From Octopus sinensis (taxonomy: Eukaryota): a stretch of DNA of 64,000 bases. Location: assembly GCF_006345805.1 (NCBI RefSeq), contig NC_043004.1, forward strand, positions 101,122,001 to 101,186,000, written 5' to 3'. How positions within the stretch are numbered: position 1 is the stretch's first letter; every line of letters begins with the position of its first letter. The translations under genes and the position numbers were made by a program. Positions 24,651 through 38,700 of the stretch are shown piece by piece. Under the pieces are notes generated by a model. That model was not told the origin of the DNA. It searched no databases and saw only the letters and a program-made list of their open reading frames with translations.

Positions 24651-25810
24651 AAATCCTTAAAATCCCTTAAAATGTTTTAGCCCGAAGGCCGCGGCCATGC
24701 TGGGGCAACACCGTTATTTATTTATAATAATAAAATGGCACCCTGTCAGTGATGATGACAAAGGTCTCAGTTGATCCAATCAATGGAACAGCAGAACAGC
24801 TAGCTTGTGAAATTAACGGAGTTCTCAGGGAGATTCAGTGTGACACAGAGTGGGACACAGAGTGTGACAAGGCTGGCCCTTTGAAATACAGGTACTACTC
24901 ATTTTTGCCAGCTGAGTGGATTAGAGCAACGTAAAATGAAGTGTCTTGCTCAAGGACACAACACATCGCTGGAAATTGAACTCACGACTTTACGATCACG
25001 AGCCGAATAGCCTCACCACTAAACCGTGTGCCTTCATGTTCTAATAATACACCCACATTAAATTGGATATAAAGGTTACTATTTTATATCAATACTGCTT
25101 CTATCGCTAATATTTATTTTTTAAAGAGCCTGCTGGCTATTTGCAGCATCAGTGACTGAAATGTCATTGTTTTTCTATATATCATTGGCTGGTATGCAGC
25201 AAGCAGACACTTGTCACTGAGGAAGCACAGCATGCTGAAATCACATGATCATGCTGTGCTGGTGCCCATGCCAGATAGTTCTTATCCACTAATAATATGT
25301 ATGTGCTTGTAGCACCATGTGAGAACTTTTGATGGAATGCTTTGATTCAGACCAAAAAAAAACAAAAACAAAGCAGGGTGTTTGTATTACTGAACTTGGG
25401 GTCCTCAGGCATGTTGGCATCAAAAGGCTTGACTAATCCCTTCACAACAATGTGCCAATGAGATAGCCTCTATGTAGTCATTTGATTTGCTAGAAATAGC
25501 AACCAAATAAGCCTTAGATCACAGTTCATCCACTTGAAAAGGAAAGAATACACATCAAATAATGTAGTCCAGGATACTTTGCATTAAAAAGACAGGATGG
25601 TCATGACTGGAATACCTTTGATCATAGGCCTGCAGGATTGGGGTTGACCAAGATCAAATCAGCTTCTTAATGAGCCAAAGAGGGAGTCTGTGTGCGATTG
25701 TTCTTTATATCTTCAAAATGATTGGGGATAGTCATATTTGGAATGGTTTTGCTCACAAAGCTGACTTGGTGCTAAACAATAGCAACAACTATTTGACACA
25801 AGGAAAGACT

Positions 25811-25847
<37 letters not shown>

Positions 25848-26510
25848 TACACATGGATCTTTTGTCATCAATTTTCTATCTGCCTTTTTGATCACTTGCT
25901 TCTGTAAACGGGTTGATGGATGATTAGAAGGATCATGAATACTCTTTAGCAATGCTGTGGACATGGATACCCCTGTAGTGCTGGTGCCATGACAAAACTT
26001 TACCCTATAAGCTCTGTGAAGCTGACAGGACTCTTTAGTCTTGTCTTGGACATGATACATCCTTAGTGAGACACCGTGTAAAGAAGGGCCAAATACACTG
26101 TGTAAAGTGGTAAGGCATCCAACCATAAAGAGGGCATCCAACCATAAAAATTGAGCCAGAAAAGAAACTCCAACTGCCTAGACAAGCAATACTGTTGAAT
26201 ATTTGATGACTCCAGTTATAGCATCCCATCCTAGCACTGCTACCACACAAAATGGATGTAAAAGAATGATGATGATGATGACGATGACAACGATGATAAC
26301 AATGATAATGATGATGATGATGATGATGATGATGATAACTATGTTAATAATGATGATAAGGGCAATGAGGAGTTCCATGCAGCAAATTTCTGAATGCATT
26401 GTTCTGAGCTTATAGGAACACTCACATGTTTATTTGAATCTATATTATATATAAGAGATGGACAAGTGGGTGAATGTAGATGAGATTACTTGAAGAAGAG
26501 ATACTTAAAA

Positions 26511-26571
<61 letters not shown>

Positions 26572-26591
26572 TGACGTAATATAATGTAATA

Positions 26592-26950
26592 GAGGTGCAG
26601 GAGTGGCTGTGTGGTAAGTAGCTTGCTTACCAGCCATATGATTCCAGGTTCAGTCCCACTGTGTGGCACCTTGGGCAAGTGTCTTCTACTATAGCCTCGG
26701 GCCAACCAAAGCCTTGTGAGTGGATTTGGTGGACAGAAACTGAAAGAAGCCCATCGTATATGTATGTATGCATGTATGTGTGCATGTATGTATGTATGTA
26801 TGCATGTATGTATGTATGTATGTGTTTGTCTCCCCCCCCCCGAACATCTCTTGACAACCAATGCTGGTGTGTTTACGTCCCTGTGACTTAGTGGTTCGGC
26901 AAAAGAGTCCGATAGAATGAGTACTAGGTTTACAAACGACTGAAACAAGC
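26592..26950 (+). mobile_element. SINE family A
   Basis: Homology; internal (TATG)n; tail partly deleted. Confidence 0.88.
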
Positions 26951-27329
26951 AAAAACAAGAAAACAAAAGAAAGAATAACTAAAACGTCAAATGTTCTGGT
27001 ACATGACTTTTGGCCCACCTTACATTAAATGCTGGCCGAAAGTTAGAAATGCTTATGACCATTTAGCAAGAAGTTTGAACTAGTAATAAGTTATAAGTTT
27101 GGTATGTAGAATGCCTTGCAAAATGGATGAAGTTCGTTGCCATATAATTTTACAGGTATCAGTCATTCACATCCGGTTGTTTATATATTAAGAACACAAG
27201 TTTCCTGATTTATGATTGTTCCTTCCAGCAATCTTCTCCCGGCTGGTTTCTTTGATCTTTTTGTAGGACGATAATTTTATGGATAACAGACAGTATATCT
27301 AAACTGATGTTATGGACAATGATTGCATT

Positions 27330-27362
27330 ACACACACACATACACATATATCTATCTATCTA

Positions 27363-27429
<67 letters not shown>

Positions 27430-27446
27430 ATCTATATCTATCTATC

Positions 27447-27485
<39 letters not shown>

Positions 27486-27719
27486 CTGTATCTATATATA
27501 TATATAGCTATCTATCTATCTATATATATATATATATCTGTCTATCTATCTGTCTATCTATCTATCTATGTATATCTATCTATATATATATATCTGTATC
27601 TATATATATCTATATCTATCTATCTATCTATCTATCTATATATATATATTTATATATCTGTATCTATATATATCTATATCTATCTATCTATATATATATA
27701 TATATCTGTCTATCTATCT

Positions 27720-27788
<69 letters not shown>

Positions 27789-27835
27789 ATCTATCTATCT
27801 TTCTATATATATATGTATAGAATAGAATATATATA
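27330..27835. repeat. (TATC)n/(TA)n microsatellite
   Basis: Directly visible. Confidence 0.95.
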
Positions 27836-29030
27836 TGGTGGCCCAGCCCATAAATATACAGAGATTTGTCTGCAAAAATTCTGGCTAATTTAGCCAACAT
27901 ACCGTATGTCTAGACTTAGAAATTTACAACTGTAATAAAGCTGCAAGAAGCTGTTCCCTATGATGATTAAATAAGCAGGAAAGCTCAAGTAACTGTTAGG
28001 TGCTTATTCAGTTCCATTTTATTGTGAGTGTGTATAAAGACCGAATTTATTGTTGACATTAAAGCATCGAGTTTCATGCATGTGTGTGTATAGAATCACA
28101 TATGTATATCTTAATATGCAGATATGGAGATTTATACATAAATATGATGATTGTATAAGTTGCACCATGGGTTGATATACACCCCGTTCCTCTTATTCTG
28201 TTACATAATTAAAATAAATATTTGATTCGGTATCAGCCAAAAAGTTGATACATAAAAGCAGAAAAATTCTTCTCTACATATGTGATCAGCATTTTAATTG
28301 TATTTTACACTTGTAACTATTATGGCAACCAACATCTGAAATAAATTATATTGCTATCACTTTTCATTTTTGATGTTGCTGATCTTGTTTTTCAAACAAC
28401 CTGTAGCTTGCTCAGCGTATAACATGTTAAATGGAGAGAGCTGAGCTGCATACTTGATATTCAAATAGCTTGCTAAAAATAAAATATGTCAAGAAAACAA
28501 AAGAAACAGTATTCTTTTTATGTAAAGATATCAGACATTATCATAAGTATCAATTCATCTCAAATTGATGCTTGTAATGTCTAATATCTAAACATTTTCT
28601 TTTTACTTTGAAATTATTTATTTAAAAATTGTATTTCTTAGTTTCAGAAGTTTCTTTTGTTTTTGTTGTTCTTTTTTTTTTTTTTTTTTGTAATACCACA
28701 GCCAGACATTCAGTCAATCTATGAAGCAAGCAAACCATAGAAAATTTAGTAACACTAAATTTGGTACTTGGATATATTGGTTGGTGAGCAGGAATGATGA
28801 TAGGGGTGGACAACAATGAATAAATGAATATATTATAGCTCATTAAGACATTAGAACACCATTGAAGATATCATTTTTATACATGTATATTTATAATAGC
28901 ATGCCAAGATTCGAGCACTTGTCTGCCATTCAGTGCTTCTACTGCCTTTAGTTGGTGTCTGTTGTAATATTCATGATACCTACTGATGGTGATTTTGACA
29001 ATGCTAAAGCTAGATCTCAAAAACTTTCTA

Positions 29031-29445
29031 GGCGCAGGAGTGGCTGTGTGGTAAGTAGCTTGCTAACGAACCACATGGTTCCGGGTTCAGTCCCACTGCG
29101 TGGCATCTTGGGCAAGTGTCTTCTACTATAGCCTCGGGCCGGCCAAAGCCTTGTGAGTGGACTTGGTTGACGGAAACTAAAAGAAGCCCGTCGTATATAT
29201 GTATATATATATATATGTGTGCATGTATATTTGTGTGTCTGTGTTTGTGCCCCTATCATTGCTTGACAACCGATGCTGGTGTGTTTACGTCCCCGTCACT
29301 TAGCGGTGTTCGCCAAAAGAGACCAATAGAATAAGTACTGGGCTTACAAAGAATAAGTCCCGGGTTCGATTTGCTCGACTAAAGGCGGTGCTCCAGCATG
29401 GCCACAGTCAAATGACTGAAACAAGTAAAGCAAACAGTAAACAGT
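29031..29445 (+). mobile_element. SINE family A flanked by a 148-bp direct duplication
   Basis: 28883-29030 repeats at 29446-29593 with 4 mismatches. Confidence 0.92.
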
Positions 29446-29639
29446 ATGTATATTTATAATAGCATGCCAAGATTCGAGCACTTGTCTGTCATTCGGTGCT
29501 TCTACTGCCTTTAGTTGGTGTCTGTTGTAATATTCATGATACCTACTGATGGTGATTTTGACAATGCTAAAGCTACATCTCAAAAACTTCCTATATAACA
29601 GCGTACATCTGTTTTTCCATCCGTAACACAAGTTTGTGT

Positions 29640-29836
29640 TAGAGGGGTCTACTCTAGTACAGTAACACATCACTTGTTGCATTCAATCATCATCTCCTTC
29701 ATGAAGAACAGCATCTTGAGATCTGCCCTCACCACTTCTCATATCTTCTTGAGTCTTCCTCTACTGCCGGCTCCTTCCACTTGAATTACTTGACACTTCT
29801 TCACCCAACTGTCGTTATTCATACGCATCATAACGT
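29640..29836 (-). pseudogene. RTE-clade LINE 3' remnant
   Basis: rc: MMRMNNDSWVKKCQVIQVEGAGSRGRLKKI*EVVRADL, matching the RTE GxRxRGRPRKTW motif. Confidence 0.7.
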
Positions 29837-31334
29837 CCTTACAAACACAGTTTCCTGTCTCTCACACACTATGACCGACTCTCCTGGTACACATTAAAAA
29901 AATTTCTTTTATTTCTTTATATATTTTTGTCTCAGCTCACCTGTGCTTAATCATTTATGTATGTTGACATTAACCTCTCCCAAATCATGTGTAACTCATT
30001 TTCTTTCTAGTATTTGTACATCTACCTCATTCAACACAAATGTGTTGCTAGCATACAGTATCACCCTGGATACACAAATACCATACAATTTGCCCTACAC
30101 ACTTAAAGAAAGAAACCTCTTTGTTGCTACCAGAAGTAAGGGCTGTGTTTTTAAAACTGTGCTTTCTATGCTTTCATAACAACCACTTTCACTGTTGTCT
30201 GCATTACCTTAGTGACTACCTCTAATGAATATTCGGAGCAAATGAAATGTGTGTGTGTGAATAATATAATTCACATAAAAAAATATCTATATTCTTTGCT
30301 TGTTTCAGTCATTAGACTTTGGCTGTGCTGGGTCACCACTTTGAAGAATCTTAATCAAATGAACTGACCCCAATACATTTTTTTTTAGTTTTTAATCCTA
30401 GTAATTATTCTATCAGTTTCTTTTGCTAGAATACAGTTTTTCATAAGCAACAGGGCTTAGATTTATACAGAAATGGAAATCAACAATTTGTGAGATGTCT
30501 ATATCTATTCAAAAAGCATTTTTAGTTTAACTAAAGGGAAAATGCTTCGACAAGGAATGAAACCAAGATATGGATCTAAGTTTCTGAATGCTCGTTTTTA
30601 ATAACTCTACAGAATCTTCTCCTCTGTTTCACACACACACACACACACTTACACACAAAAATATGACACCGCCTAACTGGCCCTCATGCCGGTGGCACGT
30701 AAAAGCACCCACTACACTCTCGGAGTGGTTGGCGTTAGGAAGGGCATCCAGCCGTAGAAACTCTGCCGGATTAGATTGGAGTCTGGTGCAGCCATCTGGT
30801 TCGCCAGACCTCAGTCAAATCGTCCAACCCATGCTAGCATGGAAAAATGGACGTTAAACAATGATTATGATGATGATGATGATGATGACGATGAAATACC
30901 TTAAGATATTCACACCAACATCACTTACTGTGAAAATAAAGTGCCAATTGACAAAAGTGTAGTTCTATTTTAAAATTTCCTGCAATTGCCTCTGCAGGAC
31001 AATGAGAAGCCAGTGTTTTGATCTTGTACGCTGACTGTCACGTTGTGACATTATCAGGATATTGATAGCGTCATACTAAAAGTTGTTCAGGATAAAACGC
31101 CAGCTTATTATGTTTGCATAGTTGTTCTTTACTGAGAAAAGGCTCTTTGTTTCTGTCTGTTTGTCTATATATAGTATATATGCACACACACACACACACA
31201 TAAAATATATGCATGTCATAAGATACACACACACACATACTTATGTAGAAAATCCAACCACTGTGTGTGTGTGTGTGTATGGTGTGAATATGAAGTCCCT
31301 CAAGTATTTAAGTCGGATACAAAATTATTCTTTC

Positions 31335-31830
<496 letters not shown>

Positions 31831-32585
31831 TTATTTCATAATTTGATAGTTTTTTTTTATACATATTTAACACTATCTTTGCCGCTTTGTATGGAATATC
31901 TTTTTATAAATCACACCGTTTTATAAATAACATACTTAATGTATGTGCGTATCTAAAATGCCAGAAGCTGCCGTTTCCGTAGACGTATTGTGTCAAGAAA
32001 ACACAGTATTGTTCAGAGCGAGGTGACAGGAAGTCGTCTCAAAAGTGACCGTGAGAATTGTGTTTTTAATTCAATATGGACAAAAACTGAAGCCTCCAGT
32101 GTTTCAACTACACACTTACATGAAATATATTATATTGATAATGTTTCATATATATATTGGAAAAAGTCAGAGAATGTACCCCTCTCTCTCTTTCGGAGAG
32201 GCACTGAGCAGCTATACGCACACATACACACACGGCAGTAACTTCCACCTACCGAATTCAATCACAAAGCTCCGGTCGGCTCGGGGCTATAGTGGATGAC
32301 ACCTGCCCAAAGTTCCACGCAGTGGGACTGACCCGAAACCATGTAGCTAGGAAGCAAGCTCCCTAACCACACAGCCATGCCCGCGCCTTTTTCCTAAAAT
32401 GGTTCGGTATAACAGTAATCCTATTCAAGTTTCAAAGTGTACCTCATTCAACAGTTAAGGGTGATCTGGACAGCTGACAGTGTGAATCGTGGAGCAATGA
32501 ACCAGCTATCCTGGAATCCCTGAGCCACAGAAGTCAACAACTAAAGAACATGACAAAGGTTTCGATAAGTTTTGTGTATCAATAT

Positions 32586-33107
32586 TGTTGTGACCCCACT
32601 TCGGTCATGAATGACCATGGGATTGCACCTAGAACTTTACCCTCCAAGGCACAAGTCTGGGCAAGGTTGTTTTATGGAAGAACAGCAGTTGCCCACGCAT
32701 ACCAGCCTCCCCTCTCCACACCACCGATGTTATCCAAGGGAAAGGCAAAGGGGCCAATACAGCTTGGCACCTGTGACGTCGCAGCTCATTTATTAACGTG
32801 CAAGTGGCTGAGCACTCCACAGACACGTGTACCCTTAATGTAGTTCTTGGGGAGATTCAGCGTGACACAGAGTGTGACAAGGCTGGCCCTTTGAAATATA
32901 GGTACAACAGAAACAGGAAGAAAGAGTGAGAGAAAGTTGTGGTGAAAGAGTACAGCAGGGATCACCACCATCCCCTGCCGGAGCCTCGTAGAGCTCTACG
33001 TGTTTTTTGCTCAATAAACACTCACAATGCCTTGTCTGGGAATCAAAACCGCGATGCTACGACCGCAAGTCCGCTACCCTAAGCACCGGGCCATTGTGCC
33101 TCCACTT
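32586..33107 (-). mobile_element. Chimeric SINE: family C body joined to a family D-type tail
   Basis: One TSD tatcaatat (32577-32585 / 33108-33116) encloses both parts; junction near 32790. Confidence 0.75.
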
Positions 33108-33209
33108 TATCAATATAATCAAGACTATATATGGGTATAGACTTAGAAAATGATCATAAAACTGACATCACATAAGGAAGAAGTTAATGGAGAAAGAATG
33201 TCGCATACA

Positions 33210-33650
33210 TTCTTTATCTCTTAATTTTTTGGCTTGTTTCAGTCATTGGACTGCAGCCATGCTGGGGCACCACCACTTTGACAAATTTTTAGTCTAACTT
33301 ATCAACCCCGGTACTTGTTCTCTTTTAAAGTTTGGTACTTATTCTGTTGATCTTTTTTACCAAGCTCTTAACTTACAGGGATGTAAACACACCAACACCA
33401 GTTGTCAACTGGTGGGTGGGAACAAACACAGACACAAAGATTCACACACGCACACACACACACTCACGCACGCGTGCACGCGCGTATACAATGAGCTTTT
33501 TTCAGTTTCCGTCTACCAAATCCACTCTCAAGTCTTTGGCTGGCTTGAGAGTATAGCAGAAGATACTTGCCCATGGTACCACTCAGAGGGACTGTACACA
33601 GATCCATGTGTTTGGAAAGCAAGCTTCTTACCTCACAGCCATGTTTGTGC
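33210..33650 (-). mobile_element. SINE family A, old and diverged
   Basis: Homology with many CpG transitions. Confidence 0.8.
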
Positions 33651-33670
33651 TAATGTGAATTATTGTGATT

Positions 33671-33980
33671 TACGGAGATGTACTTGCATAGCAAGTGATT
33701 TGATCTGAGATCGTGTGCTGAAACGAAAACAATTGCAGCGTGGAAGGTATTTGTAAGCCATTTAAGAAACACACAAAAGCTGTTCGATTCACTTCAATAT
33801 TTAACTTTAATTTGTCAAAATATTTTCAGCGCTTTAAGACCGCGAGGATTTTTGTCAGTGAACAGGTCGCGGTCTTAAAGCGACGAAAATATTTTGACAA
33901 ATTAAACTTAAACGTTGAAGTGAATTGAACGGCTTTTGTGTGTTTCTTAAATGGCTTACAAACACCTTCCACACTGCAAA
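33671..33980. mobile_element. Palindromic Penelope-type element with G3-C8 hammerhead (33851-33901, +)
   Basis: ~110-bp inverted arms; TSD tattgtga(t/a)t; second copy at 58126-58457. Confidence 0.75.
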
Positions 33981-35215
33981 TATTGTGAATTATTTTGAAA
34001 GCTTGGATTTATAAATAATTTTGAAATATTTGTGATAGAATTCATAATACACTTCATTGATATCACTAGCTTAAGGAGCATAATAAATTCTCAGAATATC
34101 ATTGGAGTAGATTTTTCCAGACAAAATAACATATTTGAATAATAGTAAATAAATATTAATTAACATGAAAGTTAATTATGTATGTATCACTAAAACGTTA
34201 ATGAATCATTATGGCGGTGGGAGTTAAGATCTACAACAGCACAAATGATTAGAGGATGTGGGGAGAAGATTATAAATTAAAATAGTGTAAATAAATAGAT
34301 TAGAGAATGTTGATTAAAGTTGTTTAAAGAAAAAGACAAATATTAATCAAGAGTTTTACTTTAAGTTAAACTATTATAGTTAGATGAAAGATTAGAAATT
34401 ACCAATTTAAGAAGTAAATCTTTCATCTACGTATTTAACTTGAAGTAAACCCCTTAATTAATATTTGTCTTTTTCTTTAAACAACTTTAATCAACACTTT
34501 CTAATCTATTTATTTACACCATTTTAATTTATAATCTGCTTGCCGTATCCTCTAATCATTTATGCTGTTGTAGATCTTAGCTACCCAATTCTGTTTCATT
34601 AACTTTTTAGTGATATATACATAATTAACTTTTATTTAATTAATGTTTACTCAATATTATTCAAATATGCTATTTTGTCTGGGGAAAATCTATTCAATGA
34701 TGTTCTAATAAGTTATACCCCTTAAACTAGAGATCTAAATGACATGTTTTCTGAATATGATCACCAATATTTCAAAATTATATATGCAGAGTGTTTGGGC
34801 TAAATTTGATGATTTTTCTATCTCTTTTTTTCTCTGGAACAGCTTAATGTATTGGTGAACAGTCAATGGCATTGCAAAGCATAAAGATTAAAAGTGTAGT
34901 TGAGAAAAAGTTAGTTGATATGGAGGATCAGAATCCATCTGGATATCGGAAGTTACCTGTATCATGATGATTTGCACCGAGTGATAAAATGCAGGCATCA
35001 TGACTGCTCCTCAGTGCTCTGTAAACACTGTAAAGGCTGTAAGACGTAACATGGACATCTGCAACCGAGACTACAGAGCCATGGCGGCCACCAGGAAGGA
35101 CACAGCAGACATTCTGACTGCATCTGCATGTCACGATTCATCTGAGCCTTAGGCTCAACTCATATGGCTCTGTGAAGCTGCTGGAGACCGTGGTCAATCC
35201 CTGGCTGGAGTGGGT

Positions 35216-35499
35216 TGTGGTGTATACAGGAGATTTGAAATAAGGACACCTACCTTCTCTTCGTCGATGCAGACCTCTCCAGCAATAACGAACCCTTCCA
35301 CGTGGCCTGACCCCGATGCTAAAAATAGCAGCTACTTCTCCCCTACCTTGACAAAGCACTCACACGTCCAGCTCTGTTGGCTACCCTGATCAAAAAAGGC
35401 ACAATGCTCCCCTGCTTGTGCAAACGTCACTCCTACCCCTTCCTCTTCCGGTCAGCCCCAAGTTCTGGTCAGCTCCCCAGCTGCTGATGTCATCACACA
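35216..35499. mobile_element. Putative solo LTR (284 bp)
   Basis: TGT...ACA ends; 5-bp TSD tgggt/cgggt; splits the transposase frame cleanly. Confidence 0.65.
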
Positions 35500-35732
35500 C
35501 GGGTTACTGCTGGGAGGCCATATGTATGACAGTAGGACTCAGCGCTTTATCATTCCTCCGCCTGCAACACCAAGGTTGAACTGGTGATCAAGATCAAAGA
35601 GGTGTTTGAAGACCTTCCTAGAGATTCGGTGAAGAACACAAACACCAGATTTTGGAGCTGTTTTGAGGCCGGCTGTGGTGGAAGCTGGGGATAGCTGCTT
35701 TGAGTAGACTGCTAACTTTCAGTCACAATCTA

Positions 35733-36088
35733 CTCTTTACTCCTTACTCTTTTACTCTTTTCAGTCATTTGACTGCGGCCATGCTGGAGCACCGCCTTTA
35801 GTCGAGCAAATCGACCCCGGGACTTATTCTTTGTAAGCCTAGTACTTATTCTATCGGTTTCTTTTGCCGAACCACTAAATTACGGGGACATAAACACACC
35901 AGCATTGGTTGTCAAGCGATGTTGGAGGGGCTTCTTTCAGTTTCCGTCTACCAAATCCACTCACAAGGCTTTGGTCGGCCCAAGGCTAGAATAGAAGACA
36001 CTTGCCCAAGATGCCATGCTGTGGGACTGAACCCGGAACCGTGTGGTTGGTAAGCAAGCTACTTACCACACAGCCACTCCTGCACCTA
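35733..36088 (-). mobile_element. SINE family A lacking the internal microsatellite
   Basis: gcgatgttggagggg runs directly into cttctttcag. Confidence 0.9.
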
Positions 36089-37566
36089 TCTAGTTGATAT
36101 TTTTTGATTTTTTTTTTTTAAATACTTCAATTTTTGGATGAGATATTGTATTCTCTTTTCTTTTTATGCAAACTGTCAAATTTAGCCGGAAGACTCTGTA
36201 AATCCAAATTTTCAAAATAACTCAGTATCTATGCGCCACACTGTCTTCATTAACTTCTTCCTTATATGGAATTTTATCATCATATTTTCTGCCAATATCC
36301 ACATAAAGTAATGATGATATTAAACCACAAAAGTTATCAAATCTTTGTCAAATTCTTTACTTGTCTACTAATTAAATTCTAAATAGTCTTTAATTAATTT
36401 CTTCTTTGAAAATTTCATAAACAAAACTAAAAGCTTACTGTTTGAGTCAGTTTCATTAAACAAATATTTCAATTTTGCATTCCTTTCATCAAGCAATTTT
36501 CCTTGGAAGTGGACAGTCCTGGTTTGCTGGCTATTTTGTTTCGTTTTGTTTCTTCACAGACACTTTTAATTATATATATTTGTACTTGAAGCAGAGCTCA
36601 GTCTTGTCCTGGTCTGTTGCTAAAAATAAATACGATCTCAAAAAATTTTCTCTATTTTGCACAAATTGTTTTAAAAAAAGGTGCTGAAGATTTTCAGTTG
36701 GTCTGAGAAATGCTGGTTTACTCAAAACTGTTGCATCTGAACAATTCAGAAGACATATCAAGTTGACTTTCTTAAACAAATTCGAATAAATTTTAAAATG
36801 AATAATAAAATAGATAAATAAACAAATAACCATAGAACATCAAATAAAGCTTGACTCTTACATGTTTTGTTTTACTGAAAAATATGTTGTTTTTCTTTTT
36901 TTAAATAGTTTGTTAAATTTAGTGGCAAATCTCATCTAGGCATACAGCTGACTGTGAGAACATGCCATTGATAAAGCCCAACTGTGCTGAAATGCATTTG
37001 GCATTATCACTAGTTGCTATTGGGATGATTTTTGTTTCCCTCTGATATATGTTATGTTTTCAAATGCAGCACATCCATAAGGGATGTTATCTTTGGAGGA
37101 AAACAACAGTAATTTTGCCTTTCAATGGTGTATTTACTTTAGGTATGATACATAGAGAGCTATTTGAATCTAATACTGCTTCTATTGCATATAACACATA
37201 TAAACACACCCTTAAGTGTGTCTATGTACATATTTTAAGTTTTCCAAGGAATTATGAAGTCAGATAGTCTTTATGCACTTGACAACTTGTAGAACTTCAT
37301 CTGTAGCGGTACTGTCATTGTTTTGCATGATTTAATAGAAAACTGTACTACATGCATTCATTGCTTTGCTACAAGTGCTTGAGATTATGAAGGAGAGCAA
37401 ATGAATGACAGGTAGATATATAGAAAGAGAGAGAGAAAGGGGAGAGAGATAGAGATGAATTAATCCAGTGAAGTTTCTGGTTGTCAGACTAGACATAGGA
37501 CAATAAAGGTAGACATAGGAATTGTTGGTTTCCTTGCCTATTCATAAGGATAGATTAATATATATA

Positions 37567-37972
37567 GGCATAGGAGTGGCTGTGTGGTAAGTGGCTTGCT
37601 TACCAACCACATGGTTCCACGTTCAGTCCCACTGCGTGGCACCTTGGGCAAGTGTCTTCTACTATAGCCTCGGGCCGACCAAAGCCTTGTGAGTGGATTT
37701 GGTTGACAGAAACTGAAAGAAGCCCGTCGTATATATGTATATGTATGTATATGTGTGCGTGTATGTTTGTATGTCTGTGTTTGTCCCCCCAACATCGCTT
37801 GACAACCGATGCTGGTGTGTTTATGTCCCCGTCACTTAGCGGTTCGGCAAAAGAGACCGATAGAATAAGTACTGGACTTACAAAAGAATAAGTCCCGGGG
37901 TCGAGTTGCTCGATTAAAGGCGGTGCTCCAGCATAGCCGCAGTCAAATGACTGAAACAAGTAAAAGAGTAAA
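37567..37972 (+). mobile_element. SINE family A
   Basis: Homology to 7365-7757. Confidence 0.92.
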
Positions 37973-38068
37973 AGGGTAATAGATAATATATGTACAAATA
38001 CAATATATATATGAATGTATATACATACATTCATACCCCACACACAAACACACACACACACACAAACA

Positions 38069-38118
<50 letters not shown>

Positions 38119-38531
38119 TGTTTAAACAGATATAAGTACAACAAAACTCGATGGGGTAGGAAAAGAATGTTAGGGCCAGATACTTCCTCATTTTTTAACA
38201 AAAGACTGAGTGAGACCTTATTAGGGGTAATTAATACTCGGTTTCTTGTTCCTGACACAGGGATATAAATAGGTATTCAGAGGCTGAAGAAAGCAACAAG
38301 GGTTAGGGTTATTCCAAATACTTCTGCTATGTTTAGATCGGGGCAAGTGTCTTTGGTAGGAGTTGAGAAATTGGCTTCGTTTGTCACCATTTCTTCCACC
38401 ATCATCTCCTCCGTCTCTTTCTTCAGCTACTTAGCACATTCTTTATCAATATTATTACTGGTTTCATATTTGTTTTTCTGTGTGTGCTTCAGTTACTTAG
38501 GTAAACATACACCCAAATGTGTGTGTGTGGT

Positions 38532-38568
<37 letters not shown>

Positions 38569-38636
38569 GTGTGCTTATGTGTGCTCATGGCTATGCATTC
38601 ATTCATATATACACATACATATGAATGTACAAATAT

Positions 38637-38672
<36 letters not shown>

Positions 38673-38700
38673 CATAGATTTCTTTAGACAAAATCCATAT

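Larger units (their letters stand above)
34787..36198 (+). mobile_element. Decayed Tc1/mariner element, DD37D(maT)-like
   Basis: TIRs cagagtgtttgggctaaatttgat / gtcaaatttagccggaagactctg|TA; remnants LRLNSYGSVKLLETVVNPWLE..AGRPYV*Q*DSA and ACNTKVELVIKIKEVFEDLPRDSVKN. Confidence 0.85.
32535..36370. repeat. Old long foldback (inverted repeat) interrupted by nested insertions
   Basis: Core palindrome 34016-34781 centred near 34405; arms continue at 33982-34010/36201-36228, 33110-33210/36225-36320 and 32535-32585/36320-36370. Confidence 0.85.
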
